Below, piece by piece: positions 39,801 through 53,900 of a stretch of DNA of 64,000 bases. Source of the stretch: Yuukianura sp. NJ FZ-2021. Lineage: Eukaryota. The number at the start of each line of letters is the position of its first letter. Position 1 is the first letter of the stretch. The position numbers were made by a program, and so were the translations under genes. The notes beneath the pieces were generated by a model, which had not been told where the DNA came from, did not search any database, and saw nothing but the letters and a program-made list of their open reading frames with translations. The stretch is taken from positions 6,138,001-6,202,000 of the forward strand of contig CM102286.1 in NCBI GenBank assembly GCA_046563655.1. The letters are read 5' to 3'.

Positions 39801-42800
39801 ACTCCAGTGAGCAACAGTTTGAAAAATGACGCCAACATATTTCAATATGTACAAGAGCTTTCCTTATTTGGTAAAAAATGACATTTGATTTATTCCTGCA
39901 GATGCTGAAGACTCTTTTTTCATAATTTTGAGAAGCGTTGGTAAAATAGCGACTGAAAGCAATCTGACATGTTGCCATTTTTTCTTAACTCTAGTTAAGC
40001 AAGACATTTTGATTCTACTGGCTGGTGTTTTATGAGAATTGCCTTCTTGAAATTATTTTGATATTAACAATTCCAAAATTTTGAAAGCATTATAACAATG
40101 AAACTACCAAGCCTGAATAGCCGCAGAAATCTTCGGGACTGATATGGAAAGAAAATGATAACAAGAGCTCAAATTCCGTTACTTATACTAGTTAAATTGT
40201 ATGCTAAAAATAATTATTCAATAGAAGTAGTGACATTTGAATTGAATCGTGCAAAAATACTTAAGACGCACCTCTCGATGTCTCGCATAGTTCATAATAG
40301 CATCATATTAATTTGGAATTACAATTTAAAGCTGCATTGTCATCATGACATAAGGTAGTGTCGATCCCAAAGCAAATGAAAAATGAAGTTAATTTTCATC
40401 AAGGAGACGTTGACACTGACATTGATCGCCAGATTTTATATTTGGCGTGGTGCGTCTGCGTGGGCTAATCAGTTTGCATGATACTGCAAATTGATGCAGA
40501 ACTTATAAATCCCTTAACATAAAACTAGCATCACACTCTAATGATACTTCAATCAACACACTACACACTATTCAGCTCAATAGTGAGATTTGAATAAGTC
40601 GTAGGAAGATTTTCGAATTAGAATAAAACATTTCAGCGAAAGTTTATAATTATTTTAAAATTTAAAATAATCAGAAGAAGATCAGAATTAAACCAAAATC
40701 AATCGGGATTTAATTCATGTCGGCTTTTTTGTGCTTAGGTTGTTCCGTTCTAATCACTAGGTTTTCATCTTCCTCTGCATGTAACACTTCAATACCCGCA
40801 TTGTGCTTAAAACAATGAAATAAAAGCAAGGATTAACTTATCACTTACTCAAATCAAAATCATGGCACTTAAGATATTAAAGGAGATTATAATGTAAGAA
40901 GATTTTGAATACATTGAAATCAGAAACCGCCTTGAACCAAATCAAAGATTTATATACACGCCCACAAAAATAACTCCTGTTAATAAAAACACAATAGTAT
41001 CATCATGAAGCACTTAAAGTTACAAAAGACTTACTAAAAGTAATTTTAGTGTTTAAAATCTCATGCCAAAGAATTCAGAGAACTAAATCCTGTTTTCATT
41101 AGGAAGAAATTTACTTTGTTTAAAAAAATTAAGTCATTGCTTTTAGAACTTCTTAAGTTCTTGGCTTCCTTTATGCTGAAGCTTAACCTAACATTCAACA
41201 CTTCCAGTAGTGCCAAAGACAAGAGTGAGTAATCTGATGGATTTGCCAACTGAAATCTTGACATCTGTAAGTTCAACGGAGTTCCATTGTGGTGATGACA
41301 TCTTAGGAACATGGCGGAATTTCTGAACGCAAAAGCTTCTAACTTAACATTTTTTCCTTATCCTTGTACAAACGAAACTAAACCCTCTGAGAAATCATGT
41401 GCTCTGTTCAACAAAAGCAAACTTTTGGCAAGGAACGAGTAACTTTCTCTCTGAAAATGCTCTTCATCTTCATGGATTAAAGGATTTCTAATCTAAATTG
41501 TCCCCAGGCAGTAGCAGTTGCAAGAAAGGCGAAAACTTACGAAAAAAATAGTCGATTCGACCATGACTTTGGTCCATTTCGGCAGAAGAAAGAGGATTTC
41601 TTGTGTAAGTTCAGAGATGTTGACAATAATTCATGATGCCGTGATAATTTAATAATACGTCCCCAGCCTCTTTATATCGATCCGATGTGTTTTCTAGGAA
41701 AGAAGCTTTGCCCTAACAACTTTTAGGAATCAGAAAGATGAGGTTGTGAGACAATGGGAGGATGGGTAATAAATAAGGGAAGAAGATCATTCATCTAATC
41801 CCATTTCATTCAATTCTGTCCATTAGGAAACCAAACCTCAGACCAGATTTCAGTCTTCGGCACTGTTTTTTACTGGATACGACGCCACAAGACTTCAAAG
41901 CAAACCGATGATTTACTGATTTTTTACCGCTAAAACTTCGTTTTGAAATGAATTTTCCTAATTTTCATTGGTGTCGTTTTTTGAAACTGACCCAAGCGGA
42001 ACGTCACAGAATTCGCCATTTCCAAAAAACTTAAAAACAAAACGTTGAAAAACACAACATACAAAATAGTTACCATTACAATAGAAATTGATTAGCTTTT
42101 CTTAAGGGATTCAAACGTGGTTTGAGTCCTGACGTTTGACAGTCTTAGCCAAAACGCAAGCGTTGTATGTACTTAAACACCTCTTCAGTAAGAAACATCA
42201 TGCATTGGTGAAATACCTATTCCGATCCGAAAGAAATTGAATTGAATTCGAAATCAAATTATTCGATGACATTGAAGCTGTAATCAACGTTAGAGAAGCC
42301 AAAAAGAATTCGATGAAAAAGCAGGAGAACGTTCATACAACAGTCATGTTCTTTTTTTTTGTTACAAAAAAATAGGTTAACAGACGTCGCGTTCAGAGTT
42401 TGATTTATGAACTTGTTTCGTGTGTCGCTTGACGAAACAAACTGCTAGAAAGTCAGCGTTCATTGTGAACTTTTGACAATTCCATGTATGCTACTCAAGG
42501 CCTTTTTTATTATTACAAACGAACATTGCTCCTCTGACCTGATACTGGACCATATTGTTGAATGAAAGTTACTTTAAAGGTAAATCACATTTAAAACATA
42601 CAGGAAGTAGAAAGCTAAAGACAAAAAGCTTAAATACTGCTTTTTAAAACTACAAATCACGAAATGCTTCTTCAGTTTGGAAAAGATTACGGCGATAACA
42701 CCTACACCAGTCCCTTATTCATTTCTACTTCCAATTCAAAAGTTGTATGGTTCCAAAAATAACATTTTTTTAAAAAATAGGATTTTGGTTTCTACTTTTT

Positions 42801-45559
42801 CAACCCAAAGGAGAATGATTTTGCTTGCATCGTGAGTCAGTTGTGGTGTGGTCAGTAACGTAGTGACCGTCGACATCATAGTTACTGTTTTGTTTCATTT
42901 CCGTCATCGACATGCATTCGTTTGTGTTACCGACAGCGCTGCTCCTGTCGCTTGTGCTCCTCTTCTGCGCGTTTAAAGGAACGTCTAGCGTGAGTTGTCA
43001 ATAATTTCTTAATTATTAAGTTAAAAACATGCTTAAAAATATTCCACAACTTCCTGTCTACATGCAAAGTTACAAAAATCTCACTCAAGCTTATTGCAAA
43101 ACATTTATAAATCATAGACGAAATTGGACAAAGTTTAGTTTCTTGTTAATTTTTTCAGATCGGTCAAATTTACTGCTATAAAAAGGAGCTGTGCCCTACG
43201 ATTCAACGGATTCCATACGACATTCCGCCAGTCGTTGCTCCGGACGCCGGCCTCCAGATTTTGGATGAGGTCATGGAAATTTGGAAGTCTTTTGAAATGC
43301 CAAATTTGAGCGTCGTTGAAGTTTCTGAAGTGAAAAATGATTTCGAAGAAGATGAAGAACGTCCCATTCCCAAAGGTTATTATTTCAACTCCCACTTTTA
43401 ACTGTTAAAAAGTCCAAATTAATTGACCCTAACAATAAACTTTTATTAATTCAAGAAAACATTACTGACTCGAAAAAGACTGTACTGGAGGAATTTTACA
43501 TCGACTACTTACCAAGCGATTGCATTTTTGCATTGGTGCTTGCAGCTCTTCTGTTCCGTTGTCTCTGTCCGAGGATTACCGACTACTTATTCGTTTCCGT
43601 TGCCTTGATTCTGTTTTTTCAAAATTATTCACTTGTGCAACAAACTTTTCCAATTTTGAAACAAAACTTGACAAATTGACTTAACTATTTTGTTTTTTCA
43701 AATTTTTTTTTGTGATGACTTGAACAATCCCTGGATTAAAATATTTTGTGTTAATTGTGGACTAACTGTAATACATAAGCATAAGTAACTAACGTAGAAA
43801 ATTGGTTCTACATTGCAGACTCCTAGTCGTACTAAACTTGCTTTTTTTCTTATGTTAGATTCACATTTCAATTAATTTCTTGGTCAGTTAATCTTCCGTT
43901 TCGCCACTCAAACAAGTCAGTCCCGAGTGTATGGCAGTGGTGTAAAAACAGTAAAACAAAAATAAAGCAAAAGTTTTGAAATCTCCATTTTTCTTTTTTT
44001 TTTCTTTACTTTCTTCATTTTTTTAAAAGAGCATTTAAACTAATGATTTTTTAGTTTTTTAGTCCATTTTTCTGTCGGTGTGCGTGACTGCAGACGACAT
44101 GCAATTGTTGATCGCATGTTGAATTTCAACCAACAGCAGTATTGACGCGTTGGTTCCGAAATCATTCCTGATGAACCGAAATTGCAATCATTAGAGCTGA
44201 AGGTGTCACGGAAGGAAGTGCTTACACTTTACCCCAGCGTCTGCCGGCTACAAATTTTTTGAGATGACTAATACAAAAGTTTTTGTTGCCTTTGCCAATC
44301 AGTTCAAGTTCGTAATTCTTTTCACGGCGTCAATGAATATGAGACCTCCACTTCAAAACTTGAAGTAACAAAATTCTGTTTGCGAAACTCCCACGCTTTG
44401 ATATGACACGACGCACTTTCTCGGAATCGCACATGATAAGCGTTAACTTTCGTTCTAAAGTGGCAAATATGGTCGTATGAAATTGAATCTTTGCTTTCAC
44501 TGTTGCATTCATTGACAAAATTTTCTGCTTCACAGAAGTCAGAACATTGTGTGACATTTTTGGTGTTCAAGAATGGATTCCCAGAAAACCGGAATTCCCC
44601 GCTAACCTTATGTTAATATTTGCCAAAAGAAATCAACAGCGACACGCTGTGAATCACGAAAAATTGAAGTCTGGTTTAGATTACTGCTTGGATCTTGAAG
44701 TTAGTACACGCTATAAAAAAAACTCAACAATGCTGATTCATAGTGGAAAAAAGTTTCAACGGTTTCTAACTTTATCTTTCAGAAAACATAATTCTCTCGT
44801 ACAACGACTTCTTGGACTGCATCACTCGTTTCACGTTACAAAATGCCAATCCTAAGCTGTGCCAGAATATAGCGTAGAAAAATTTGAAAAAAAAATCATT
44901 CAAAATTTGGTTAAAATCGGCGAATTACTGTGCCACAAAATGTAGTGGTTTAGTATGCTCATGTTTTTTATTTAAAAAGAATCGTTCGAAACCTTGTTTT
45001 TCAAGTTTAAACTTTTGAAAAAATTAAATACTAATTCATTGGATTAACTTTGAATTCAGTCTTGGATGAATTAGCACTCGGATTCCCGTTGGATACATTT
45101 TGGAGCTACCTCTTTAGTGTGACACTACTATGCCTTGTGCCGTATTTTGCTCGAAACTAGGCAGGGTATTATGCCTCTCGAAAAGGCTCCATTCCATCCT
45201 CTTTCAACTTTTTCGTTGAATGAAACCGTCTTCCCGTTCCCAAATCCAAAAGCGACGCTTAGGAACGAGGAGCCTCTTCTCTATGTATAACTCCCTGTCA
45301 CTATTTTAGTCAAATCCACGCTTTCGGAACCTTTGTGTTTTACAACTTGAAATACACACACACAGCAACAAGCGCAACTTTCTCTGTTCCCAGTGAAGTA
45401 AACGCCTCAAACCAAAGTAAAACCAAATCACATCGGAAACAATCGAGTCCTTTGTGTATAATTTTCAAAATTTTGGAAACTTGATTTTTAAGATCTTTTT
45501 TTACTTGATTCTTAGGTTCGGGCGGTGGGTTTTGTTAATTTAAAAAAAAACACGCATGT

Positions 45560-47982
45560 GTGAAAACCAGACATGGCTTTTTATTGAACGAGAATGCGAG
45601 AATTCAGGGACGAATGAAAAAGTCGGAAAACATTTCAGATGAAAAATTCGAGCGGGACATGACAATTAAACTCAAAAAATCGTCGCCCGGTGGTTCATTC
45701 AGTCCAATTAACTATTTAATTTGGTTTCATAAAAGTAAATGTCATACAGTAAACCTGTTTTCCCAGAAAATAATTTCAAACAACCGCAAATATAAGCCAG
45801 TTCTCTTTCAATCAACGAGTTCATCGTGCCCATCTTACCTCCAATTAACAAGCTCATCTTCAATGTTCTGTCAACTTCCCGCGAAATTGACAACTGTCGT
45901 TTCAGTTCAAAAACTTGCTGATTCTAAGTTCACTTAATTGTGTCGATGTAATTGAAAAACTGGATTTTTGATCTCGGTCATTCAAAAATGTTGATCCAAC
46001 TCTTTTTCGCCTTTCTACGAATGAAATCAAGTAGAGAAAAGACGCCACATGAATATAGTATATAATTTCAATTTTTATTATTTGCGAATTTTTTTTTAAA
46101 TCTTTGTTTTCAATTTTTTAAGAATAATGAAGTGTTTTATAGAACACAAGAAACTTATAGACTATTGTAGAGATTTGAATTTGATTTAAGGACTGATTTT
46201 ATTCTACAGACTAACAAGGAGGATTTCAATTTTTCAAAGTAACTACATACCATTATGGAAAAGGTTTCTTTTTTCAACGTCAATTCAATTATCCTAACCA
46301 CCATCTTAATAAAGGTTTCTAATGCCTATTATTTTTTTCAAAATGCGCGCTCTGATGCCTTCCATATTTAGATCTAAAAATCCCAACGAACCAAACTAAA
46401 AATTCCCACCTCACGAAAACCCTAAACAGAAAAGTACCAGCCACCCCTTTTTTTCAAATTTTCACCATACTGTATTTTGGAAATTTTCTAAAAAATTTTA
46501 GCAGCATTAAAGTATAAGTTCAGGTAAACAAAGGGATTTGGAATTAAATCTGCATACAGAAACAATTCCGAATCTCCGATTGCCTAGATTTAGCAAAAAG
46601 GTACCACTGTTACAAGTAATAAGTAAAACACGGAAGCTAATTTTGGTTTTTCTTTTTCAACTTGTGTCTTCCAAACGAAGGGAATGGATGCGTACGTTAT
46701 TAACTTTCAACCGCAACAAGACTTGCGCCCTGGTCACAACAATTAGGTTCCAGAAACTTACGCGCCAACATTTAAAAACATAATTCTTTCCTTTTCCTCC
46801 ATTATGGAACCTTTGGTACTTAATTGCACTTACAGGAAATTATCCTCTTCAGGAGCAAAACTCAACATTTGCTTTCTAAAAAAAACTGTTTCTCCCCTAG
46901 TTCCAGCAATGACCTTGACTTTCACCAAATTCCACATAAAAATCCACTTCAACTTGCAATCGTCACTGTCAGAAATAACCAAAAACGAACAATTTTGGCC
47001 CTAAAACTGCATGGTAAGAAAGAACTTAAATAAGAAAACCAAGTAAGTAAAAAAACGAAACAGAGTTAACCGTAGATTACACTCAAAAAGACAACGAAAC
47101 AGACAACGCGCCTTATGATTTGCGAATCCATCACAGAAAATGTACAGATAATAGAGAAAACGTTAGTAACAATATTTAAAAAAAAAACAGGCAATGTACT
47201 GTGTGTAGGAGTCTAAAGAATCCAGGAATCTTATAAGTGAGCTCTTGAAGATTCCTCATAAACCAACAACTGAAAACTGTAACCACAATTTTTTGAAGGG
47301 AAACGTAAGTCTACCATACCAAGTTTTAGCAACAAAATGCGCATGTCACTAATGCATTTATGGCAGTATTTCCCTTGTGTCACCATTTCACTAGCATAAT
47401 TTACCAACCTTTGTTTACCACAAATAGTCCCCCTAAACTGACTATTTAGCAAGACACATTTGAGTCTAGTTCAGCACTTTCCGAACTTCGCCAAAAAATA
47501 TTCATAGGGGAACAAAGTTCAGTTTCTACACGCTAATTTGTAAAGGTTTTGTACAAGGTATGTGTAATAGTTTCCATATGCGTAAGACAGTCTAATTTCT
47601 ACTCATAATACAACTTAACATCAAAATATTTATTATACAACTATAAAGTTCTATTTCACCAACGATAGTCATCCCCTGACCTCCAGCATCTCCGGAGGTC
47701 ATCATCAACTTACTCCTAAATTCTAATACTTAACATTATAGCACTACACGTCCTATGTAATTTGCTTTTGTACTTATGTCAAATAATAAACGTTTAGTTG
47801 GCGCTCAAATTATAAGCAGAACAGATTCAAGGAATGGTTCGTTGGTGGTCGTCGGATAGAAGCCTTTTGACCATAGATTCAACCGGGATTTTTACCCTAG
47901 TGCACCATGATCGTTCGCCGGAAGAAGTTCAGGGCTACCACACTTTGCAGTAAATTCGTTTTCGGATTGGATGCTGCCCAGA
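45560..47982 (-). other. cic: Probable cic 3' UTR with proximal and distal poly(A) signals
   Basis: Minus-strand AATAAA at 47629-47634, 46074-46079 and 45580-45585. The last is followed by CA and a GT/T-rich tract (CACACATGCGTGTTTTTTTTT). No coding signal in the interval. The true 3' end needs transcript data. Confidence 0.45.
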
Positions 47983-50900
47983 CTAAGTGAGTTCTTCATG
48001 TACTGCTTGTAATTTTGGAGAAGCCCTGTGCTGGTCTTCATGTGGTTGGTGTTGGACGGGAGTTGAGGGAGTCAGTGGCAGATTAAAATTAAAAGTTGTT
48101 GACTCAGATGAAGCAGACGGAGTTCCAGGACCTGCAGATTGTGGTTGGGACTGCGACATCAGTTTTTGTCGTACTTCCCGAATTTTTAGCTGGAGGCAGG
48201 ACTTGTTTGGAAAAACGGCAACGTTTTGAGCCTAAAACAACGGGAAACGATCAGAAAAGGCTCAAACCTTGCTACAAGCTACAGTTAAGTCAAATATCTT
48301 CGGAGTCTGAGTCCAGAGTTAAAAAAAATACCTGGAAGGCAGAAGTCGCTTGTGTTGTTGGGAACATCCCTTGTTCCTCAAACAGTTGAAGAACTAACTG
48401 ACGCCTTTGTTCCAGAACTTTGCGATGCCCTTTCTCAGCTCCAGAATCGATGTAAGAGCGAGCACCTCCAGGCGTCTTCGGTGTCCTTGGCGACCGCAGC
48501 CCACCAAAATTGAGTTGACTCGATGAAGCTCCAGGCGTCCGCTCGTTGGACAATATATAGGTTGGTGACCGAGGAATTTGACTTTCGTCACCTGAAGTTA
48601 CAACAATACTCGGTGTGGATGCTGCTGGAGGTGGCGGGGATGCGGGCGGATGGCTTTCTTTCTCATCTGTAATATTCATTCGTGCTTCCATTCAAAATAC
48701 AAACATGGACAACACAACGCATGCACAACGTGAAGCACAACGATAGCCCAGTGGGTCGGTATGTAAAAAATACTTACGTTTAAACGCCTCAAGGTTAAAA
48801 TCTGGACCAAAGAAGGTGCTGCCTGTAAGTTTGACAGAAGATGACGTTAGGGGGCCACCAGGAGTTGATGCATTGCTGGCTTCTCCGTCTTCCATTTCTC
48901 CAATGGCTGGAGTAAAAAACGACTAATAAGTCTCCAGTTTTCTATGTTAGAAAAATGGAAGGCCTAATAAGAGTAATGCACAACTCACCACCCGATGGAA
49001 CTCTCTTTTTCCGAAAACTCTGCAAAATAGCTCTAGGACTTGATGGCAGTGAAAGCGTAGGACTCTGCAGTGACAAAAAAGAAAAGTTAAAAACCGATAA
49101 ACTTGAAATAAACTTTGGAAATTACCTGGCATTCTTCCGGTTTGAACTGCGGCAAGCTCGAAAATTTTTGACCAAAGTTAACTTGTTCTAATACTCTAAA
49201 AATCACAATGTATTAAGTTTAGTGAATGAAATACTGGCGAGTATTACTGTACTAATACTGGTCGCAATGCTTTTACGTACTTGTCCATTCCATCTTCAAT
49301 ATTTTTCTTAAAAAATCCTTTCTGGATTCCTGGCACGACCAAATGAGTATTCTCATCCTTGTCTGATTCTATCTTTTCAATCTGCAACTCTTTTTCTTTG
49401 TCATCGGTGGGTTTTGGTGGTTCAATAATTTCCGGAACTGTTGGTTTTTCATCTCCCGTAGCTATGTGACTATGCAACTCTGGGAGAGCAATAATAGGAG
49501 AAGGAGTCACAATATCCGGAGTATTGGTAGTGATTTCCTGGTTGGAACATTCGGAGGATTTTGGTTCTCCTGTGCTAGGAGTGAAAGACAATGGGGCAAT
49601 ATTTCCTTGAGACTGTCGACGCTGAAGCGGAGCTCTCCCTAACTGAGCAGGAGTTGGGGCTAGCACAAACGGCTTCGAGTTGACTTCCGGCTCTGGATCA
49701 TCTGGACGTTCATGTTCAAACTACAACAAAAAAAAAGGCGACATAAGTTTTTGTTATTAAATCGATTGCTCATTTCACTGGTTTTTTTTTGCGATTGAGT
49801 TTACCTCTGTTGGGCTAGTAATCTCTTCTTTCATTTCCAAATCTTCGACGATTTCCGTCCGATCTACAGCATTGATCCTGTGTTCTACTAAATTAGACAA
49901 AAAGCTTCATCAATTTCTGCAAATATTAATGGAAACACTTTTCAAGAAATTATTCGACAATTACCCAAAATTTTACCCAAACAAGTCGGAGCTGTAGACT
50001 GAAGCGGAGACTCGTTGGGCCTGATAATAGTGAGAATTGTCGTCGTAGAATTTTTGTTGTATGGAATACCTGCATTTATTGGTCCTGGCCGAACAAGTAA
50101 AGTTTGACTTGGAATCGTGGGGCCCAAACCGCCACTAGTGGGAATCTATTAAAAAAAAACAAAAATATAAGCAAAACAATATTAATATCAAAAGTATAAG
50201 TAAATCTTACTCTGGTATCTTTTGGCGAAGGTAAGGAGCAAAATGCACTTCCAGAAGGGTGAAACATCAAATTGAGTACTGGCGAAGAAGCTGGATTATT
50301 TTCTGATTTGTGCAAAGAAATTGGAGTGACGATGGAAATTGGCGGGGAAGTACCATTAGCAGCATTTTTGATGGTAGGGGTAGACGTAAAGTTGGTGGAA
50401 AATACAGTGGGCACACTACGTGGCGACGTCTTGGACACATTTACACGCTTCAAATCCTCTGCTTCAGATTCACAATCCGATACTACTTTTTCTTTACATT
50501 CAAGATCAATGTCTGGATCTGGCTCATCGCAAATCACCATCCTATCATCATCATCCGAAAAATCTCCACTTCGTTTCACCAGTCTCTCTCCGCTGCTTTC
50601 TCCACTTCCTATTCCAGACTCTGAAACGCTTGGCATTTCCATAAGACCCGGCGGAAGTGGATAAAGAGGTCCTTCATCATTCGAGCTCAATTTCCGACGT
50701 TTTAGGGGATCCTCAAGAGGAGGAAGGTTGGCCGAGGCAGTTCCACTTGATGACTTCCTCCTGTCACGAGAACACCATTTCCAGCCTGGATTAGCCTTGA
50801 AGTGAGCCTCTTTGACCTCAGACGCAAGCTCGTGATACTTGAGTTTCTCTTCTGGTCCCAGTTGATACCACCACTCTCCCAGGATCTTGGACACTGTTCG

Positions 50901-53900
50901 ATTATCTTGATTCGGATGTCTTTGATGTACTAGGGCACGGTGTCGTTTGCTAAATATCATAAAAGCGTTCATAGGTCGTCGAACGCGCTCTGGTTCTTTC
51001 AAGAAGTCATCTTTAGCGGCTGGAAGCGACTGGGCCCGTTTCTTGGCACCGTTGAATGTAACCGTCTCGGAAACACCTTCAAAAACGTCATCGTCCTCTT
51101 CACTTATTTCTGGAAGTCCGAGGTCAACTTGTTCACTAGCACTTGGAACGCCTTTGAATGAAGGTGACTCTGGTGGTAGTGAAGAAGTGCTATTGGCGCC
51201 ATTTTGAGGTGACGGCGTTGGAGTCAAAACATATGGAAGTAAAGCATGCCATGGATGTGTTTTAGGTTGTGCTTCTCCTTCTATTTTTACATTTTGCAAT
51301 TCCGGGGCAGGAATAACCGGTAGAAGTTGCGTCGGAGTTGGAAACTGAGACGTTTGATTTTGATTGTTGCCAGTCGCTCCATGACCTGTTGACGGAGATT
51401 GTTGAATCACCCGTGTGATCTTGGCTCCTCCACCAGAAAGAGTTCCAAGCCGAATAACGTTGTCAGGGAGGCCTTCGACTTCATTTGGTCGGATGAGCAC
51501 CATACTCTGTTGTTGCTCGGAGGAATTTCCAATTGTTTCTGGAATAATCAGCTGTGGAGGAGAAGAAGGACTGGAATTGACTGTAGGGCCATTAGAAAGT
51601 TTTGATTCTGTGCCATTTCGAACTGTAGTATTAGTATTGTCCTGATGAATCTGAGTAGCCGCTGCATTTGTTGTTAGGAAGGTCATTCCACCAGAAGTCG
51701 AAATTTGACCTAGCGATGACTTACGAATAGTAATCGGCTGGCCGGAACTAGTCGTTACAACCATTGTTTGCCCAGCAGCGTTAACGAAATTTGGAGATGA
51801 CGAGGCAAGATGATTTCCAGTGCTTGTGAAAACAATGTGTCGTTGAGCTCCTCCAATAGAATTCATGTTGACTACAGTTGACGACGTTTGGGTCAGGGGA
51901 TGTGCTAACACGACGTGCGTTGGAGTAGCGTTGTTGCCAGAATTTTGCAGGGCCGTTGTGAGTGGAATCACCGAAATTGGTTGCTGGATGTAGCGTTGAG
52001 GTTGTTGTCTATTTACAGATTGAGATTGTGATTGGACCACGAGCGGAGTGAGAGTCATCTGTTGTCCACCTTTCGTAATTAGACTAATAGAAGTTGCTGA
52101 ATTGTTGGAAGTAGCAGCATTTTTATCTCCCACTGCCTGTCCGGATGTTAGGGCTAAAAAAGTATGCTGCGCTTGATGTTCTGGACTCTGCGCCTCCAAT
52201 TTAATTTCCTTTATAACGGTTGAGTGATTATTGATTTGGGTCTCCCGTTGGTTATTAGCTACAATTGTAATGTGATGTGAATCTGCCATTGCAGAAACAG
52301 CATTTAGTATGTTTCCTTTCAGCCCTGTCGTCGAAGATTCAATTCCAGTTGAAATTGGAGTAGTAATGAGAATAGGTCCCGTTGATGACGCTTGTGACAT
52401 CTGAATTACACTAGTAGCTGGAGTTGTGAGACGCGGACGAACAATTTCCGGCCGAATGACAGACTGGTGGATTCTTGACGTTGGTGTTCCGCATTGCACG
52501 ACAATTGAAGCTGTATCTCCATTCACTTTACTTTGAACCCACGCTGGAGAAGAGACTGATGTTGGAACTGGGGAAGGCGAGGTGTGAGGTACTCCTGTTC
52601 CAATTGGTATAAATAAGTTGTGACGAGAGCCCACTGTCAATGGCGACTGAAGTACTCTTGGTGAGTTGCATGCACTTCGATATGAAGACGGTGGTGAAAA
52701 TGAAGGAGAAGTGGATCTGGAAAGATTTACCAAAGACGTCGCAGCATCAGTTTCGTCAGCATCAAAATGTCGGCCAGTGACTCGCACGCTTCCTGGCGAA
52801 GTCCCTGCAGAATCTCTTGAACTTGCTTCGTCAGCTTCACTTTCTTTTGACTTTGACCTTTGAACATAAAAAAGTAGTTGATAGTGGACATGAAAGTTTC
52901 ACAATTAATTAAGTGTAATATATAATTATAATTATTAATAATACATAATTAACTCACTTGTTCCCTAATGCTGAGTTGGGCTGTGAAGCATTTTTTCCTC
53001 TTATTCCCAAATGCCTGGAGCAGAAGCCACGCCGTTGAGATTCCTTAGCACAACCTTCCTTTGAACAGAGACGTCGCCATTGCTTTCCATTAAACTTTTT
53101 CCTGATTCCGGTGGGCGTGGCCACCACGTCCCCCTTCTTATACTTGTGTGGTGTTCCAGACTGTGACCTTGGTGTTGTAGCTGAACTTCTAGGTGTACAT
53201 CGCTCTCCAATCAAACTACCGGAAGAACTCATATGACTTTGAACACTGCTGCATTTGCTACTTCGGATTTGGGCTCCCGGAGTTATCGATCCCGCAACAC
53301 CTCTTCCCCCAATTGTCATAGAACCGTCGTTAAAATGAATATCTTCTCTCCTTAGATCATCATCAGATTCACAGAAGTCATACTCAATTCTCTTTCGTTC
53401 GTCGCTCAAACTATGAACCGAGCTCGTTGCTGAGTGCATGACAGGAGATGGGCCATTTGCTACTCGTCCAACACTGGCTACACTGCTGTTGGTGCTGTTA
53501 CTTTGACTATTTGGAGCTGTCTCGGGTGGAGCCGGTGTCTGTTGCTGAGGTGTGGTTGCGCTTGAAGGTAGACTGTATATTGATTCAATGGCCTTGATTT
53601 CATCCCACCAGGGCGGTAGAAGCAAACGTAAGTTTGGTCTGGCAACAGTAAACTCCTTATTTCCCCTCTCGAGATGGACTGTAACGACATATTGAGGAGG
53701 CCATCCTGAAATCCTGGATACGAGACCACTGACAAAATGTGTATGCTCAGTAGACACTTTTGCACAGACTTTGGTGCCAACAGTTACCTTCATAAAAATA
53801 ATCAGTATTATAAAAATCTGAAAAATTGTCGTTGATGCTAAACTTTAGGAAATAGGTTTTACCTGCGAAGGAGTTGGACTGGCATCGGACACAATATCAT

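Noticed and set aside
38952..43527. Exact 15-mer CAAGCGATTGCATTT at 38952 and 43513
   Set aside because: Flanks do not align, and several 15-mer matches are expected by chance in 64 kb of AT-rich sequence.
47660..47712. SECIS-like reading of the cic 3' UTR hairpin (AUGA next to a stem)
   Set aside because: No correctly placed 3' GA, no apical AA motif, and cic has no in-frame UGA.
47935..47985. Stop-codon readthrough extension of Cic (SGQHPIRKRIYCKVW*)
   Set aside because: UAG-U is not a leaky context and a 15-codon open stretch is expected by chance.
50272..52863. Plus-strand ORFs overlapping the large cic exon
   Set aside because: Antisense shadows of the cic reading frame with no independent coding signal.
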